Assembly: GCA_048128005.1 (NCBI GenBank) | Contig: JBEUKZ010000117.1 | Coordinates: 1-64,000 of the forward strand | DNA from: Veleropilina oligotropha | Lineage: Eukaryota | DNA: 64,000 bases | Direction of reading: 5' to 3' | Program-made: the position numbers and the translations under genes | Notes under the pieces: generated by a model | What the model saw: only the letters and a program-made list of their open reading frames with translations | Databases searched by the model: none | What the model was told of the DNA's origin: nothing | Shown: positions 25,666 to 34,097 of the stretch, one piece after another | Layout of the letters: every line of letters begins with the position of its first letter | How positions within the stretch are numbered: position 1 is the stretch's first letter

Positions 25666-26405
25666 TGTATCGCAAGGACTGCGGAAATAGGCATGCCGTG
25701 ATTCTCGATCGGGTTACCATCTGCGTCTGTGACATAAACCTTCAACTCTGTGATTAGCCCGGCCTGTAGTCGCCGGCCGGCGGGATAGCTATGATAGTGG
25801 CCAGCTTCACCGAACATCTGCGACGTGATAGGGACCACCGCGAGAATAGTGCTCGGGGCGCCGTCCTTCACATTGTGCGTTGTACTAAGCTGCTCCAGGT
25901 GGACGTGCAGGGTTGGCGCTGTGGTATCAACGCAGATACTCTTATTCCCGTCATAAGTCCCAGGGCGTAGCCACTCGGATCTCTCCGGAGGGGGAGGTGG
26001 TTGGCCCTGTACTCCCCGAACCGGTTGGTTCAGATTCCCTGCTTTATCGAGAATAAACGAAGAGAGGTCTAAGCCGAGGAGTTTTCGTATATCGTCGCTT
26101 ATCGCGAGTCGAGTCCCCTCTGGGACCACGATTCGGGCGAGCCCTGTAGCATGGCTTACATCTAGTTGTAGGTTAACTAGCGACCTCTTCATCGTCTTGG
26201 CGAGGTCATCGAAGCTGTAGAAACCTGGTGCCACGTCGACCGTGGTATCCGGTGTCTTAAAGAAGGCTCCGGCATGCACGTTGTGCCAGCCTACCCAATA
26301 GTCGAGCGACTGCAAGCTGACACATAGCTTGCCGTCCCGGTTATCAATCGGCTCCAGGAGGGCAACCGCGGTCCCCTCTTGAACGTTTGTTAATGTGTGA
26401 AACAT
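25662..26405 (-). CDS. Putative penton / minor capsid protein (single jelly roll)
   Basis: 247 aa; VAPGFYSFDDL, LHVHLEQL...STILAVVPI and C-terminal ITELKVYVTDADGNPIENHGMPISAVLAI match the pattern of Polinton/virophage minor capsid proteins. Confidence 0.75.
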   Translation of the reverse strand: MFHTLTNVQEGTAVALLEPIDNRDGKLCVSLQSLDYWVGWHNVHAGAFFKTPDTTVDVAPGFYSFDDLAKTMKRSLVNLQLDVSHATGLARIVVPEGTRLAISDDIRKLLGLDLSSFILDKAGNLNQPVRGVQGQPPPPPERSEWLRPGTYDGNKSICVDTTAPTLHVHLEQLSTTHNVKDGAPSTILAVVPITSQMFGEAGHYHSYPAGRRLQAGLITELKVYVTDADGNPIENHGMPISAVLAIQ

Positions 26406-26412
26406 AGTAGCT

Positions 26413-27696
26413 ATGGCTAAGAGCGCCTTTGCGTTTAATAGGAGTGCGGCCTATCCGACCGGTGTGGTGTACCCAGCAAAGATCAAAGATGAGCAGCTTA
26501 CGAGACCAAGCATCAATGTGGGTAATAGCTCAACCACTACATTCGGGGCAACATACCCTGACGTCTTTCAGAAATACCGCCTCCCTCATGTCGCTAGTGA
26601 CGGGCTGATAAGGGATTGGAACAGCACGCCGATGAGGTTCTGGCAGAACAAGGTCAATTTCGCAGTTTGGTGTGCCACAACAGGTTCCGGAATCTCCTCA
26701 GAAGACCACTTAAATGCGACCGACCCCCTCTCCACTGCTGTATTCACCTTCCACGTCTACTATCAGGTCAGACGAATCTTATCCGAAATTCAGGCGCCGC
26801 TGCCACAGGACCGGACGTGGGATGCATTCGACAACCCGTATGACCGCCGGGCATATGAGAAGATCTGCAGCGAATTTGGGGTGTCTCCCCATACCGACTG
26901 GCGTGTCAAGGGTCCCAACGGCGGACTAGGCACCGCTTACAGCTACTGGACGAACAACGGCTACCACCCCATCGGACGTGACTATGATCCAAGCCGAATG
27001 TCCTTCACCAAAGGTACGACCAACACGAATCTGCACGTGGACTACATCGCGCAAGCGCCTGCACTTAAAAACGGTTGGGCTACTTTTATTCTGGACAGGT
27101 CGGTGGGATTCACGAGGGCCGGCGTGGAAAGGCTCAATGATTCCATCAGGACCTACGTCTGGGCTATTCTTGGAGCGCAGGCTCAAACGCGTGCAAGTAT
27201 TCTGGGTAGTGGGACGGCGTTTGACGCACAGAAACAGTTCCTGGCGAACGTGGAAGACGCCATCGCATCCCCCGTTGACCTCCCAGCAGCCATCAAACGG
27301 TACCAAGAGGTGCTCCAGTATGCGAGGTCCAAAGTGGACTTCGTATTCGGCGTTGGCCTGTACATGGCGCCAAGTAACATGCTTCTACGGATCGGGCAGG
27401 TGGCTGGTTATAACAATGAGATCGTCGTCGCCACGGAAGACCAGACACTCGGTCTTAATACTACGGTGAACGCGGCCAATCCTGTGCCGCACAACGCCAC
27501 TGGGGATACTGGAGAAACAGGACTGGTTATTCCACAAGACGCAGATGCAAGCATACCGGTAGTTACTCCGAAGCATCCAAGCTCTCTGCCAGCTGTGGCC
27601 TCAGTGGCGGCTGTTCCAGCGGCACATGACGAGGAGAAAACCGCACTTATCGTGGGCGGCATTGTCGTTGGCCTAGCGTTCATTTGGCTTACGTGA
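26413..27696 (+). CDS. Hypothetical protein (427 aa) with a C-terminal transmembrane anchor
   Basis: Long intact ORF ending ALIVGGIVVGLAFIWLT after a Pro/Ala/Thr-rich stalk. Confidence 0.8.
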   Translation: MAKSAFAFNRSAAYPTGVVYPAKIKDEQLTRPSINVGNSSTTTFGATYPDVFQKYRLPHVASDGLIRDWNSTPMRFWQNKVNFAVWCATTGSGISSEDHLNATDPLSTAVFTFHVYYQVRRILSEIQAPLPQDRTWDAFDNPYDRRAYEKICSEFGVSPHTDWRVKGPNGGLGTAYSYWTNNGYHPIGRDYDPSRMSFTKGTTNTNLHVDYIAQAPALKNGWATFILDRSVGFTRAGVERLNDSIRTYVWAILGAQAQTRASILGSGTAFDAQKQFLANVEDAIASPVDLPAAIKRYQEVLQYARSKVDFVFGVGLYMAPSNMLLRIGQVAGYNNEIVVATEDQTLGLNTTVNAANPVPHNATGDTGETGLVIPQDADASIPVVTPKHPSSLPAVASVAAVPAAHDEEKTALIVGGIVVGLAFIWLT

Positions 27697-29002
27697 CCCA
27701 CTGTCTAGCGGCAATAAGAAGCAAGCCCCCAACTGATATGACCAGTGCCCATAGGTTTTCAGCGAGCCACGATGCTGTCTTGCCAATCAGGTTGATTAGC
27801 CAGGAGACCAGGCTTCCAAGTATTCCTGGGAGCGTGGCTGCGGCCTTCCCTGCTAGCTTGCCCAGAATCCGACCCAGGGTCTTCAGCTGCTTTTTTACCC
27901 ACTCCTTGACCCCGCCCTGGCCACTGGGAGGTGGTGGTGGCGTTGGCGGGCTTGTTGCTCCACCTGTCAGGGCTAGTACCAACGTCGAGATGGCCAACCC
28001 AATAGCAGTCAGTATTGTTGCGATCGTGACCCCTTGCTCGCGGAACAGGGTCCGGATACGCTCGGCCAGCGTTGTGTCGGTGTTCAGGATCCGACTTATC
28101 ATCTCTCGGATCCGGCTGATTTGAGAGCGAAGGGCCTCCCGGCTTGATGATGCTGCCTCTAGGCGAGCTGCTCTTTCATCATTCAGGTCGCGCAGACGTT
28201 CCGCGATCCGTCGACGGATGAACTCATCCACACCGCCCTCTTCATCTGCCTGATCGAGCTTCATCTTCTCCAGCTCTATGTGTTCGTCCAGCGCCGTTAG
28301 TTTGGCTAGATTGTTGGTTAGTTCGCCTCGGATGGTCTGCATCGCCTTGTCAAGTCCGCGAAGCTCGCGAAGATTTAATGGAGGGTCCCCCATTGTGCCT
28401 AAGATCTCTTCAACCTCGGCATCAGTGAATTTCGTCTCCATCGTGTGGATTGCTACCGAGGCATCAGTAGCAGTCTGCCCCAAGTCCCGCAGTTCTATGT
28501 TTTCGACATTAGCGGCCGCACCGCTCAACTCGTTGTCGGCTGTCTGAAGAGCTGCAACCGCTTTTGAGGACGGCTTTTGTCCCCCCCGCGTCCAGTGTAC
28601 AAAACCCAACCCTTCACGGATTGCATCACCCCCACCAGGCCGGCCAGCTATTGTTGACAACGCCAAGGGGTTGCCGGTGCGAGAATTTATGAGATTGATG
28701 TCGGGGTAGTCCGTCATCACCAATTTCCCCCCCCTCCCCAATTTTCCCCTCACATACTTGAATTTTGAATAATCTCGCCCTGCGGCTGGGGTCTGCCCCT
28801 CCTGTGCCAGGGCTTTGTAGTAGTCGTCAACTACGCCCTGAACGAGCTCTTGCTGAAGACTGCTGGTTCCTTCCTGTGGCCGTTCCGAAAGAACAGGCAT
28901 AAACCGGTCGGTGGATAGATCCACATCAGTATCGTCGATGATGGTATCATCGTTGTCGATGAGATCGTCCGGCTCGAATGCGGGGTTATCGAATTCCGCC
29001 AT
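27689..29002 (-). CDS. Coiled-coil protein with C-terminal hydrophobic/amphipathic helices (437 aa)
   Basis: Acidic N terminus, long heptad region, then VTIATILTAIGLAISTLVLALTGG and LWALVISVGGLLLIAA. Confidence 0.85.
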   Translation of the reverse strand: MAEFDNPAFEPDDLIDNDDTIIDDTDVDLSTDRFMPVLSERPQEGTSSLQQELVQGVVDDYYKALAQEGQTPAAGRDYSKFKYVRGKLGRGGKLVMTDYPDINLINSRTGNPLALSTIAGRPGGGDAIREGLGFVHWTRGGQKPSSKAVAALQTADNELSGAAANVENIELRDLGQTATDASVAIHTMETKFTDAEVEEILGTMGDPPLNLRELRGLDKAMQTIRGELTNNLAKLTALDEHIELEKMKLDQADEEGGVDEFIRRRIAERLRDLNDERAARLEAASSSREALRSQISRIREMISRILNTDTTLAERIRTLFREQGVTIATILTAIGLAISTLVLALTGGATSPPTPPPPPSGQGGVKEWVKKQLKTLGRILGKLAGKAAATLPGILGSLVSWLINLIGKTASWLAENLWALVISVGGLLLIAARQWVT

Positions 29003-29038
29003 TTGAATACATCAGTGGGATACGCATCTAATTCAGCC

Positions 29039-30304
29039 ATGACTAGCGTATACGGACGCAAGCTTAATCCATACCGCAGGCTGCGTGAGCCCCTCGCAGT
29101 CAAGGGCATCCGCCAGTCGGTCACGATTACAAACAATCCATCAACGATTGCCCCGAACCAGCAGCTCCTGGTTCGGTTCCCTAATCTCGGGGCGAATGAC
29201 GTGATCGTTCCAGGTACTGCCCACCTTGCATTTACCATCTCACTGACCTCGGTAAATGCGAATAGGACTGTAGTGCAAAATATCGGCCGTGCCGTGATCA
29301 GAAAGACCACGATAAAGATAAGTGGAAACGAGATCATGTCGATTGACGACTCCGACGTGTACCACTGCTACCGCGATCTCTGGAAGACCACCGGGGAGCG
29401 CAAGAACGCCCAGTACCAGGGGATTGATACCAGCGATGGACACAACACTACGAAGCATCGTGTTGGTGCGGCAGACGCCTTTAGACTGTCTGAGGATGTC
29501 GCGGTCGCGGCCGCGTACGGTAACCGATTCCGCATCCCGCTGGATTTCGAGCTGTTGGACCGTCTCGAGTATGAGCTAACGTTCAACGACTACTCCCGGA
29601 CTATCCGGGAGACGGACGACTCCGGTTCCAGCTATTCCATCGACAATATATCCCTCGAATATGACATGGTAACCCAATCCGAGCTTGCCAGACGGATTCG
29701 AAATCAATACCAGGGTCAACTCGTAATCCTGTACGACCGTGTTCTCCGGCATCGGAAGCTCACCCTAGACAAGAGCGACTCGTTGTGGAATATGAATGTG
29801 AACGTACCGGCGAGGTCGATGAAAGGAATACTACTGTTGTTCGAGGACCCTGCGAGAGACGCCGCGCCATTCTCTCGCGATACTGAGGCCTTCTATAATC
29901 CGAAGATCACAAAGGTCGAGGTCACAATCGAGGGTGTCCCGAATCAAATCTACAGCCAGGGCATGCGAACATACCAGATCTGGGAAGAAGCCAAGAAAAT
30001 GTTCGCCTCCGGCTGCAGCAAGCGGCATCCTGAGGTCGCGATGGTCGCAAAGGACTTGGAGATGGCAGACGTCACCCTGGGCGAATTTCTGACTAAGAAA
30101 TTTGCGCTCTGGATCGATATGCGGGTAACTGACGACGATCAGTTGCACGGGTCAGGCCGGAGGGTCGAGAACGCCAGCGAAGGCATTACTATTCAGATCA
30201 CTAAAACAGCCGAAGCGGCCGGTCCACTGAACGTCTACGAGTTCGTGATCATGGACGCACAGCTGAATATCGAGAATGGCCGATTCGTCGAAGCACTGTA
30301 CTAA
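29039..30304 (+). CDS. Putative major capsid protein (double jelly roll)
   Basis: About 421 aa from GCCATGA at 29039; beta-rich (NPSTIAPNQQLLVRFPNL...VIVPGTAHLAFTI, YSIDNISLEYD, ITKVEVTIEG, FALWIDMR); size and position directly upstream of the packaging ATPase. Confidence 0.75.
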   Translation: MTSVYGRKLNPYRRLREPLAVKGIRQSVTITNNPSTIAPNQQLLVRFPNLGANDVIVPGTAHLAFTISLTSVNANRTVVQNIGRAVIRKTTIKISGNEIMSIDDSDVYHCYRDLWKTTGERKNAQYQGIDTSDGHNTTKHRVGAADAFRLSEDVAVAAAYGNRFRIPLDFELLDRLEYELTFNDYSRTIRETDDSGSSYSIDNISLEYDMVTQSELARRIRNQYQGQLVILYDRVLRHRKLTLDKSDSLWNMNVNVPARSMKGILLLFEDPARDAAPFSRDTEAFYNPKITKVEVTIEGVPNQIYSQGMRTYQIWEEAKKMFASGCSKRHPEVAMVAKDLEMADVTLGEFLTKKFALWIDMRVTDDDQLHGSGRRVENASEGITIQITKTAEAAGPLNVYEFVIMDAQLNIENGRFVEALY

Positions 30305-30908
30305 ACGATTTCCGCACACCAAGGACCCCCACTCCGCAATCATCTGCGGCCAGACCGGTTGTGGGAAGACGGTTTTCATGCTTGAACTGCTGGAAGGGGA
30401 GTATCGAGGCGTCTTCCGGCATATCGTGATCCTCTGCCCCACGATCAAGTTCAACAAGGCATACCAGTCTTGTCCGTGGATCTGGACCGACCCTGAGGTG
30501 TATTTAGTCCCCCCGGGTGAGCGACTCCATGACTGGCTGCGGGGGTTCTACCGACTGTTTCAGGGGGAATCAACTTTATATATCATCGACGACTGCGCCG
30601 CGAGCAAGGCTATGGCAAAGAAACGGGACATGCTGACTTTGTTGGCCTTCAGCGGCAGGCATGCTTCCCAGAGCGTATGGGTAGTGACGCAAAAGTACAA
30701 CTCGGTCTTGAAGGAGCTCAGAGAGCAGACCCGCTGGGTCGCGCTGTTCCATTGCAAGGACCGCGACAGTTTCGAGGACTGTCTGCGCGAGAACGATGTA
30801 ATCCCGTCGCAGGATGAACGGACCACGGTTCGCAGGCTGTTGACCGAGACACGACACGCTAAGCTTCTGTTGAAAACTGATCAGCCCGTTGCTTATAGTG
30901 TGCTGTAG
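30276..30908 (+). CDS. A32-like (FtsK/HerA) DNA packaging ATPase
   Basis: Walker A GQTGCGKT, Walker B YIIDD, SGRH arginine-finger motif, VWVVTQ. Confidence 0.92.
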   Translation: MADSSKHCTKRFPHTKDPHSAIICGQTGCGKTVFMLELLEGEYRGVFRHIVILCPTIKFNKAYQSCPWIWTDPEVYLVPPGERLHDWLRGFYRLFQGESTLYIIDDCAASKAMAKKRDMLTLLAFSGRHASQSVWVVTQKYNSVLKELREQTRWVALFHCKDRDSFEDCLRENDVIPSQDERTTVRRLLTETRHAKLLLKTDQPVAYSVL

Positions 30909-30969
30909 CAAGCTGTAGTCTACTGAGCATCTACCCAGCATCTGCCTAGCATCTACAGCACTACCTAGC

Positions 30970-31725
30970 ATGTCGGACGCTGTATATCTAGCTTTTGCTT
31001 TCAGCCAGAGCCTGATCTTGCTCCTACTCGCTACATTGTGGTATTGGATTTACAGTTATATTAGACCGGTGAGGCGATGCTGGAAACGCTTCAGGATGGA
31101 CAGCCTCATCGATCAACTCATGGATGACGAACAAGAAACGACCATCAACAGCTGTCGCTTGACTCCCGATGGCAAGGAACCTGTCAGTAACAGTGGAGTC
31201 GCAAGTTCCGTTTGCGCGGCAAAGCGTGAGAGGCTTGCAGCCTTAGCCGTTGGAGGACAGGCCCACCGATACATGGGGCGTAACCTCACAGTGGACCGGA
31301 TAGACGACATGACTGACGACGAGGTCGAAAAGCACCACGCGAGGTATGAAGCGAAACTCGGTGCCGATGTGACGAAGACTCTGGGGACTTCAGCTATTCA
31401 TCTCTACGCGGGGGCAGCTGGGACGTTCCTGCCCATTCCACCAGCAAACCAGCTACGACTGATCGCCGACCTGGAGGCCGACCCGTTCATCTCACATGCC
31501 CTGACCACTGCAAGCTGTGAGCTGTATTATAAATATGGCATGTACCTCGCACCGCTGACCGCGGCGTTGACCACGGCTAAGCACTGCCAATTTGGACATG
31601 TTTGCCCGCCTAAGATACCAGATCAAGATGACAACGCCGGAAGTGGACCAAGTGATCGAGAGACAGCCGATCGAGAGCCAGCCGATAGAGAGGGTGACTT
31701 CTTCGACGGACTCATCGGTGAGTAA
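30970..31725 (+). CDS. Hypothetical protein (alternative start at 31096)
   Basis: Intact 251-codon ORF in the co-oriented block; hydrophobic N terminus if the first ATG is used. Confidence 0.7.
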   Translation: MSDAVYLAFAFSQSLILLLLATLWYWIYSYIRPVRRCWKRFRMDSLIDQLMDDEQETTINSCRLTPDGKEPVSNSGVASSVCAAKRERLAALAVGGQAHRYMGRNLTVDRIDDMTDDEVEKHHARYEAKLGADVTKTLGTSAIHLYAGAAGTFLPIPPANQLRLIADLEADPFISHALTTASCELYYKYGMYLAPLTAALTTAKHCQFGHVCPPKIPDQDDNAGSGPSDRETADREPADREGDFFDGLIGE

Positions 31726-32119
31726 AAAGGACCCGAAAAAAGTGGCTGCAGGGAGGGCCGGCGCTGCTGCTCGAAAAGCCAAGCAGGAGAAGCTACTGGC
31801 CGCGGTTCGAAAAATGAAAGAAGACCTGAGTGCCCCAACAAGTGTTGTCGCTCCATCAGAACAGCCCGGGGAGGCGGTTCCAGCCGCAGAAAGACCGTGT
31901 GCGCCAGATACACGGAAATCGGACCCATTTAATTGGACCCAGGTAGCCGTCGCTGCCGGTACGGTTGCGTTGGTATTTGTTGTCTGGAAGACGTCCTCAG
32001 AACGCAGCAACCCTGGTCCATCCACACCACATCAACAGCCACCAGACGCGGACGCTCGGTGCTCTCGGGCCGCCCCCACTATCGAATTGAAGAAGCAGAA
32101 CCCTTTTCATATGCAATAG
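31628..32119 (+). CDS. Hypothetical basic protein with one TM segment
   Basis: KKDPKKVAAGRAGAAARKAK; VAVAAGTVALVFVVW. Confidence 0.7.
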   Translation: MTTPEVDQVIERQPIESQPIERVTSSTDSSVSKKDPKKVAAGRAGAAARKAKQEKLLAAVRKMKEDLSAPTSVVAPSEQPGEAVPAAERPCAPDTRKSDPFNWTQVAVAAGTVALVFVVWKTSSERSNPGPSTPHQQPPDADARCSRAAPTIELKKQNPFHMQ

Positions 32120-32144
32120 TCGCAAACGGTACTAATCAACAGTT

Positions 32145-32384
32145 ATGACTACCCCAATCACTGATGGAAAGATGCTCGGCAACGCTGTATACCACGCCGC
32201 TATAGTGTCAGGCCTCGCCATAGGCTACGCACGCCTGACAAAGATGGTATTCAAGGGAGCGAGCCCCAAACTGGACTTCACGGGGTACGATGTCGGGATG
32301 GTCGTCCTCGACGTATCGCTCGCCATGGCGACGAAAGACATGCTGATCAAGCAAGGCATCATTCCGGCCGATATATTGAAGTAG
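32145..32384 (+). CDS. Small hydrophobic protein (79 aa)
   Basis: Two hydrophobic stretches; tight packing in the block. Confidence 0.7.
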   Translation: MTTPITDGKMLGNAVYHAAIVSGLAIGYARLTKMVFKGASPKLDFTGYDVGMVVLDVSLAMATKDMLIKQGIIPADILK

Positions 32385-32415
32385 TGGGACCTTGCTAGAT
32401 AATCGCAGCATTTCA

Positions 32416-32844
32416 ATGGCTTCCATTGCGATGCTGGTTGGGGGCGCTCTCGTCAACGCCCTCGCCTTCAGTGGCTCCAACTTCCTCTTCTCGAAGCTAC
32501 GCAGCTCCGGTGTCGATGCGGAGCGTAAACGCCACGACATTGCTGCAGAACAGCTCAACGCTGCTCAGACTAAATGGTCACAACAGAGGGCAGAGCGTCT
32601 CGACTGGCTGAACGTTGAACTTCGCCGCCAGGGTCATGCCGTTGGCACATTCCGGGATGTTGACGCCGCGATCCGTGAGTATGCATTGATCACCGGCAAG
32701 AACCTTGACCCCGACCTGGGGGGTGGCCCTGAGCCCGCCCTGTCTGACTACTACACACCGAGCGATGGCCAGAAGGGACGTGAGATCACCTTCATCATCC
32801 TGGGGATGGCTGCGACCGGGTTGGTCGCCTACAAGCTCGCCTAA
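32416..32844 (+). CDS. Small membrane protein with N- and C-terminal hydrophobic helices around a coiled coil
   Basis: MASIAMLVGGALVNALAFSG...ITFIILGMAATGLVAYKLA. Confidence 0.75.
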   Translation: MASIAMLVGGALVNALAFSGSNFLFSKLRSSGVDAERKRHDIAAEQLNAAQTKWSQQRAERLDWLNVELRRQGHAVGTFRDVDAAIREYALITGKNLDPDLGGGPEPALSDYYTPSDGQKGREITFIILGMAATGLVAYKLA

Positions 32845-32884
32845 TTATTTCCAGTGGACATTTTTTTCGTTGGCATGTATAGTA

Positions 32885-33106
32885 ATGGGGCTCCCAGAAG
32901 AGCTGTACTGCGCTATGCTTGCGGTCGGCTATAGTACTACGTTACTCGACTGCTGGCGCCGCGACGAAAAGACTATGGTGCGGTTCGCGGTCCTGGTGCT
33001 CTCGGGCCCGACCAACCTACGGGCGACCACTGCGCAGCGACCGGCTCCGGAAGCTGAAGCCTGTTGGAGACTGATCAGTTTACTGGAATACATTGCTGAT
33101 GGATAG
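32885..33106 (+). CDS. Small hypothetical protein (73 aa)
   Basis: ATG at 32885 fills the gap, and the stop overlaps the integrase start. Confidence 0.45.
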   Translation: MGLPEELYCAMLAVGYSTTLLDCWRRDEKTMVRFAVLVLSGPTNLRATTAQRPAPEAEACWRLISLLEYIADG

Positions 33107-34097
33107 TAAGCTTGCGAGGATGTACTACAGCCCTAAGGGCTACTGGAAAGGCATTGCCGCGATAAAGAAACTAGCTGACGCTGCCAAGGCGTCTGAAGTG
33201 GAGGCCCGGACATGGCTTAAGAGGCAGGCTATATGGCAGATCTATTTACCTGCGCCACGGCGGATTCCAAGACCAAAATTCGACGTCGTAACGCCAAACG
33301 AGGTTCACCAAGCCGACCTCCTGTTTCTCCCCCATGACAAGGTCAGACACAAGACCTATAAGTACGCTTTGACTGTGGTTGATGTGGCCAGTCGCTTTAA
33401 AGAGGCTGAGCCTCTGGTCACAAAAGAGGCCAAAGGGGTTGCTGAAGCACTAGCCCGAATCTACAGGCGGAGTCCTCTTGGCTGGCCGAAACTGCTTCAA
33501 GTCGATCCAGGGCGAGAGTTTATGGGCGCGGTTTCCCAGCTGCTGGCAAAGAATAACGTCGAGGTTAGGCGTGGCCGTGTGGATATCCATCGCGATCAGG
33601 GCATTGTGGAGCGCTTCAACCGGATGCTCGCTGAGCGGCTCTTCGGACACCAGTATGCAACAGAGATGCGGTTTGCAGAGTCTGCGAAAGAGGGTCAAAG
33701 GTCAACTGAGTGGGTCGCCCGGTTAGCAGCTGTAGTTGCGGCCTTGAATGGGGAAGTGACCAGGCTGACCGGTAAAAAGCCCAAGGACGCCATCAAGGCA
33801 CCTCGCGTTGCCCAAAAGCCAGGCGCCACTGTTCCAGGCCGACAGGGGAAGGAACAGAAACTCCCCTCTGACGTAGATGTTCGCTACCTTTACTACGATG
33901 GTGAGCTGGAGGGGGGTCATCGCCGTGCTACTGACCCGGTGTGGTCTCTAAAAGTTTACAGGCTTGGACGCTCCGTCACTAAGCCTGACGAGCCTGTGCT
34001 CTACTACTTGCTGGATGGACCACCGCGTGGCTTCGTTCGTGAGGAACTTCTCGTGGTGCCTCGTGATACCCAGCTGCCGCCGGTTCTCAGGCGTTAA
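33099..34097 (+). CDS. Retroviral-like (rve) DDE integrase
   Basis: HQADLL, YKYALTVVDVASR, LQVDPGREF, GIVERFNR; Polinton-type YYSP N terminus; no C-terminal chromodomain seen. Confidence 0.95.
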   Translation: MDSKLARMYYSPKGYWKGIAAIKKLADAAKASEVEARTWLKRQAIWQIYLPAPRRIPRPKFDVVTPNEVHQADLLFLPHDKVRHKTYKYALTVVDVASRFKEAEPLVTKEAKGVAEALARIYRRSPLGWPKLLQVDPGREFMGAVSQLLAKNNVEVRRGRVDIHRDQGIVERFNRMLAERLFGHQYATEMRFAESAKEGQRSTEWVARLAAVVAALNGEVTRLTGKKPKDAIKAPRVAQKPGATVPGRQGKEQKLPSDVDVRYLYYDGELEGGHRRATDPVWSLKVYRLGRSVTKPDEPVLYYLLDGPPRGFVREELLVVPRDTQLPPVLRR

